A stretch of DNA of 64,000 nt from assembly GCA_009103225.1 (NCBI GenBank), contig RHPI01002568.1:447742-511741 (forward strand), written 5' to 3'. Source of the DNA: Chlorokybus atmophyticus. Taxonomy: Eukaryota > Plantae > Mesostigma and Chlorokybus algae. Shown piece by piece: positions 58,701-64,000 of the stretch. Each line of letters opens with the position of its first letter. Position 1 is the first letter of the stretch. Made by a program: the position numbers and the translations under genes. Below the pieces are notes generated by a model, which saw only the letters and a program-made list of their open reading frames with translations, had not been told where the DNA came from and made no database searches.

Positions 58701-60889
58701 TGGATTTCAGCTCCGCCTTACTCAATATGGTCTTCATGCGCTCTTACCAGGCCTTGAAGCGGGAAAGGCAGCGTAGCTCTTCCAGGGCCCGCCATTACCT
58801 ATTTCTTTCTTGTGGGCGTGCTCTTGTCCTCAACCAGAGTGTCCCATCCACCCTCTAGTACATTGCATCTCTCCTTGGTCCTTCTGTGGGAGAGTTGCAA
58901 TCTCTCCGCAGCATCAGCACAGGGTTTCTGTGGCCTCATGCTCGCCCTGCGGACTTGGACCTCTCCCATGCCCTACACAGGGTGCGGTGACGTGTGTCCT
59001 AAAAAGTTGTTTACCTTCCAGTTTGCTAGGGGGACCTGGGCGTGCTCTACCATAAAACCCAGACCAGGGCTCTGCTCGCCAAGTTGGCGGTGAGATTTTC
59101 AGACCCCCTCTGGGCCCCGTAGAAGTCCTTAGCCCTCCTCCAGCTGCAGCTGCGGGTGACTGATCTTCGCCATCCTGAGGTCATCTGGTTGCCGCCGTTT
59201 GCTGTGTTGATGTCCTGTGGCCTGCCTCTGCGGGCCTCTCTCTCTCCTCATTGGCGCGCAATCTTCTCCGCATGGCTGAAGGTGCGCCCCGCCATACATA
59301 TTCCTCAAACCAACTACGAGGAAATCCTCCGGCAGCATCTTTTCTAAAACCATCATATCCACGATTCCAAGGGCTCCGTTCTCGGAGCTGCGCGCACTCA
59401 CTTTCTTTCTCTCTCGTGGGCTGCCTAAGGCTTTTACTGAGTGATAGATTGGTGGGATTTTTAAGAGCTTCAGCATTACACACCAGGCACTCTCTCGCAC
59501 TAGGTGGATCCCCCGGAGCCAGCTCTTTCGCTGCTCTTGATCTGCATTCTAACCCCTTGGCGAGACCTTCTCTAAGCCCGCTCCCCCCCTTGCGAAAGGA
59601 GTGGTGGGCGAAATCTGAAGACACGACCACCATTCGGCAAGTGTACTTTGTTGAGGCAGTTGCTGGCTCGTCCGGCAGGGGCACTAGCTTTTCCCTGACA
59701 GGGAGAGAAGGCTAGAGGTTATCAACGCCGTCGTCTTTCTCCCTTTCTTTTGCTGCAAGCATTTGCCGTGTGCAAGTTTGCCCCCCCCCCTTCTCTCTTG
59801 GCGCTCCAGCCCTTTAATGGGGTCCCCGAGCTGGCTCGCTCTACCAGCTGCAGCCCACTACACCGGCTGCTTCGCTGATGCTGCTGCTTCCCTGACAGAC
59901 ATTCACTTTGATCCCTCCTCTTTTCATTGGCCGGAGTCCTCTCCTGGCTACCGTTCTATTGATTCTCTCTGGGACACACCTAGGCTTGGTTACCATCTCC
60001 TTAAGTCTCACTTTTTCCCTCTTATCCAAGCTGCTAAGCGATGGCACTAGTCCTGTCTGGAAATATAATGGGGGCGTGGTTGGCCGACCATCCGCTCCCT
60101 CAAATCCCCGGGCAAGATCCACTCTCTTCTTTAAATGCTCTGCCATGGAGTCCTGTACACGAGCAACAGGCTGCAGCACTGTGGAAGGGACGTAGATCTT
60201 TCTTGCCTTACTTGCGCGTGGAAGATGCTGGGACCGCTCTTCACCTAATCTCGTGTTCGCATGCTCAACATCTCTGGTATTCCCTCTCGATACTCTTCCA
60301 CAGGATGGGCGGGAGTTTTTCTCTCTCTCCCTCGTCCGCCCTGTTTGACCAGTGCGGGGAGGTCTTCATTCACTCTCTCCGCCCGGTGTGGGTGGCTTGA
60401 TGCCCGCTTGTACCATGAAGCCTTTGGGCTTATCGCAGTTTCATTCGCTACTCGGATGTCGTACCTAGCCGCACGGCCCTACTCTCTTCCTTTGCACACT
60501 TTCTCCCCTCACGCCAAGGAAGAGTGGTTGGCAGTCCTCTCAGCTCCGCTACTAGATGGCAACAGAGCTGCCGCCTTCTCTCTCTCCCAGTCCTCTTGGG
60601 GTGCGGGGTCTCAGCTCTGCATTTGCAACCAAGGCCTCCCATCCCCGGCTGTTGTCTGGCGCTCTGCCCCTTCACTTTTCTCTCGACCCTGATTTCCACT
60701 CTTTTCTCTCATATTTTCTTCCCCTCCATTCTGTGTGTTATGTGTGTGTGTGTTTCGAGCTTCTTTCCTACCTGCTTCTTTGTCTCCTTTTCCTGCTACT
60801 CTCCCTTACCTAGTTGGTTCGTGCTCGTTTGCTTTTACTTTGGTTAGCTAGTTCTATCCTAGCCCTAGTTGTACTAGCAAACTTTTAAA
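55772..60889 (+). mobile_element. Decayed L1/Tx1-like LINE ORF2 (endonuclease end, RT, C-terminal region) with 3' UTR
   Basis: DHKPV..KLNTALLKDP, PGKCPGRD, NWRPITLL, RQGCPLAP and a H..C..W C-terminal motif. Both ends are approximate. Confidence 0.87.
57361..58330. other. Unidentified ~1-kb insertion in the LINE RT, rich in palindromes and trinucleotide repeats
   Basis: The LINE frame breaks right after RQGCPLAP. The insert has (CAC)n/(AAC)n/(GCC)n tracts and several hairpins. The right boundary is uncertain. Confidence 0.55.
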
Positions 60890-63718
60890 CATGTTTCTTG
60901 GTAATGCCACACTTCATATTGCGTATAACAAAAAACATAAACACAAGTTGTGCACTCAAAAGTGTTCAAATCTACCAAAGTGCTGACCATGAAGTATTAA
61001 GCTCAAGCAAGAGCTCTCCACACACCTCTCAACTAGACACTTGCTTCCCATTTAGGGGTGTTCTGAGACCACAAAACAAAGTTACAAGCAAAATGGTGAT
61101 TTCGCCAAGTTTAAACCACCAAACTTCCACTTTCATTCACCACGCTCGCAGTTTCATTCACTAATATAGCAGTCGCGAACACAAAAAGGTGCCCCACCGG
61201 GCTACAGCATCAACGAGTGCAAGTGTACAGCTACGGGGCTGTCACATCAGCTACAAAGCTGTTCTACCGGCCCCCACGGTCAGTGGAGGCCTTACGGCAA
61301 TAGGCACGCAGGTGCCCAGGCTCCCCACAGTTGTAACAGGTGCGGGTGTCACGCTGGCCCCCTGTAGAAGCGGCCTGAGATTGCATGGGAGCGGTCGTGT
61401 AGCTGGTGTTCCCCGCACCAGATGCGTAGGACCCAGAGTAGCGAGGGGGGTACTGGCTCCACCCCTTGTTGGGAGTGTAGGCAGGCTTTGCCTTGGGCTT
61501 GGGCTGCGCCGCAGCCGCCTCCTTGATTGCCTTCTTAAGGCGCTTTGCCTCGGCGTCATCCGCGGCCAGAGGATGTCCCTCGAGCTCCTCCACCACTTTC
61601 CAGTTGTGTTTGTTGGCTACTTCTAAGTAGTGAAACTGTTTGAATACCTCCTCAAACGCTGCGCACAAAGCACATGTAAGCAACACGAGTTGCATCAGCA
61701 CACTGGCTCAAAGCCATAGGGTCCAGCGCCAAGCGCACCCACATCCCACCCTCAACTTTACCTACCACATGCCCTGCGGATGCGGATGCATATGATGTGC
61801 CCTGTTGTGCTTGTTACCTTGCTGTGAGGTAGTCATAATGTGAATACAGGGGTGAGCATGCAAAGGTGTTAAGTGCGGGCCCTCCCCCCCCGCCGGACAT
61901 GGGGGGAGGAGGGATGCGGAACAAATGCATCTCGTGCATCTATGTTGACCAGGGGAAGCGCCTTTATAAGGCCCATAGCGCACGCATGTGCAAGTGGGCC
62001 TGGACCGAGTCCGCACCCACATGATGATGTTTGTATGGACGCTCGTGCATGACGCTACAAAGAATGAGCCCACCTTTCATGTTCTCCCGGCGACCATGAG
62101 CGAAGTGAAGATCGTTGAGAAAGTGAGCGGGCACACGGTCGAAAGAGCTCGCCGCCGCGCCGATGTGAGCCGCCACATCCACATGTTGCCGAGCCCGCTT
62201 CTTCAAGTTCTCCTTCCAAGGGGTCGCGGGCTCGGTGTAGCGGTTGCACATCGCCGCCACCCGAGCATTAGGAGTGTTGGAGTCGCTCTCGCGGCGAAGG
62301 ATGCTCACAAGTAGTGGATGGTTGGGCTCGTCCATGGGCTCATCAAGAGGGATGGCGGGCGCTTTTCCACGCTTGAGGCGGATGTTTTCCGCTTCCAACT
62401 CCTCCAACCTCCTCGCCATGGCCTCCGTGGGTGTGGTGGAGGCGTTGGAAACCGGGCTTGCCGCCCTCTTTCTACGCTTGTAAGTGACCGCGGGCGGGTC
62501 GTCGTCGTCATGATCATCCTCATCATCACCATTACCATGACCATCACCATCACCATCACCATCACCGTCCTTGTTCACCTCCTCCCCATCCACCACGGGG
62601 GGGTGCTTTCTTTTCTCCTCACTCTCCGCTCGCCTCTCCTCCTCCTCACTCAAGGTCTGGCGACGCGGACTTCTCGCCTTTGCCAAGCGGTTGGAGGCCA
62701 TGAGAGCCGCCGCCGCCGAGGCTTCCACGTCCTCGCCTTGCCCTTGGGCGCTTGCTTGCGCCTGCGTCAACCTCTTGTCCATGGTGAAGGTCCCCCTTCC
62801 CCCTCACCACCCTCGCCACCCTCGCCAAGGATGGCGCCGCCGTGCTAGGGTTTCAAGCGACTAGATAAAGCTTGTGGCTCACACTCACGCCTAGTGAGTG
62901 CTTGTGCCCCCTAGTGCCCGAGGCACTAAGGGCACAAGAGTCTCATAACTTATTAACGAGTTCTTGAGTTCATGGGCGCGCATTTCATGCGCTTCATGAA
63001 CTCATATGACACTGTATACTGCTTAACACAGTGAATTGCACATTGTCCTTATAGCTGGAATGCTTGCTGCACTTGTCCTTAGTGTGTGCACACTTGTATG
63101 TAGGAGGCAAATACACTCACACTAGACGCATCACTAGTTCTCAACAGGTTATGGGCCCAAACTCGCTTGTGTGATCGCTTGTGCTAGTGAGAGAAAGTGT
63201 TGAGCATAGGCGCCTACTAGTAGAGTGTTCTTGGGGAGAGGGTGAGTTGTACTATTATGTAGCAAGCAATGGCTGACACAGATAGGATGCCCATTGAGTC
63301 CCTTGATCTGCACAACTATGCTTCATGGTCGCTGAAGATGAGGTTGGTGCTGATCCGCAAGAAGCTCTGGAGTTTTGTCGTCCCTACCTCCTCCACATCA
63401 TAGCGGCTCAGAACAGGTGACGCAAGTACCTGGCGAGAGAACTGACAATTAGCTTTTGCACTGATAGGCTTGCACGTTAAAGACTTTCATCTCCCTCTTA
63501 TTGCGGATTGCAAGTCTGGACGTGAGGCGTGGGAGGTCTTCGACACCCTCTTCAAGGCCAATAGCAACTCGCGCAAGTTGCAGCTGGGACGCAAGCTAAC
63601 ACTTCTGAAAATGGAGCACAAAAACTTAATCCAGAAGTACATCTTACGTGCAAGGGAGCTTTGGCAAGACCTTGTAGCAGTGGGCCACGATGTGAAGGAA
63701 GAGGAGGTGATGTGGGCC
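60268..63718 (+). repeat. Near-identical direct duplicate of 41945-45397 (LINE 3' end, DIRS 5' half, LTR-A half, PBS, gag)
   Basis: Constant offset of 18321-18323 with about 9 differences by eye; it ends at the N at 63723. Confidence 0.95.
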
Positions 63719-63899
63719 ATGANCTACAGACTGCCTCAAAAGGATTGCGAAAGTGTAAAAACAACTTCAAACCCATCACACCACCACGAACCCACGTGGT
63801 GGCAAGCACACACAAGTGAAACATAATGTGATTGTCAGTATATAATGTGCGGGCATGCGATGCTTGGAGGAGAGGCCTGAGTGGCCGCCTCCCCTAACA

Positions 63900-63970
63900 G
63901 CAAGCTAAGCTAGGCCAGGCCAACCAAGCTAGGCTAGGCTAGGCTAAGCAAGCAAGCAAGCAAGCAGCTA
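63900..63970. repeat. (GCTAG)n/(GCAA)n microsatellites after the assembly join
   Basis: Directly visible. Confidence 0.8.
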
Positions 63971-64000
63971 CACCAGCAGCAGCGTTTACACACACCAACA

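Noticed and set aside
60890-63007. Second DIRS gag copy as an independent transposition
   Set aside because: It has the same insertion point in LTR-A and the same LINE junction as D1, so it is part of the duplication.

Overview
Eukaryotic, repeat-saturated window, probably from a green-lineage alga. This is inferred from GT-AG introns, a plant-type initiator-tRNA primer-binding site and the mix of TE families. No host gene could be identified; nearly all 64 kb is nested, mostly decayed transposons. (1) An AcademX-like transposase-XPG-CXC gene (~1.9-11.5 kb). (2) A Ty3/Gypsy element on the minus strand (15.0-31.3 kb) whose polyprotein reads gag-protease-C5 cytosine methyltransferase-RT-RNaseH-integrase-PHD finger; this is the most interesting object. 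(3) A full-length PIF/Harbinger (21280-29864, 22-bp TIRs, TTA TSD) inserted in that gag. (4) Two sister families (A and B) of small gag-only Copia elements and their solo LTRs, with half-tRNA priming and a dense TTGACY (W-box) array upstream of the TATA box. (5) Several PAT/TOC1-type DIRS tyrosine-recombinase retroelements with split direct repeats; one has an intact recombinase ORF and an apparently intron-containing gag. (6) A chromovirus Gypsy and an L1/Tx1-like LINE. (7) A 3.45-kb near-identical duplication and two single-N assembly joins. All calls come from motif recognition and manual alignment, with no database search. Boundaries backed by a TSD are exact to about 1-2 bp; the others are approximate.
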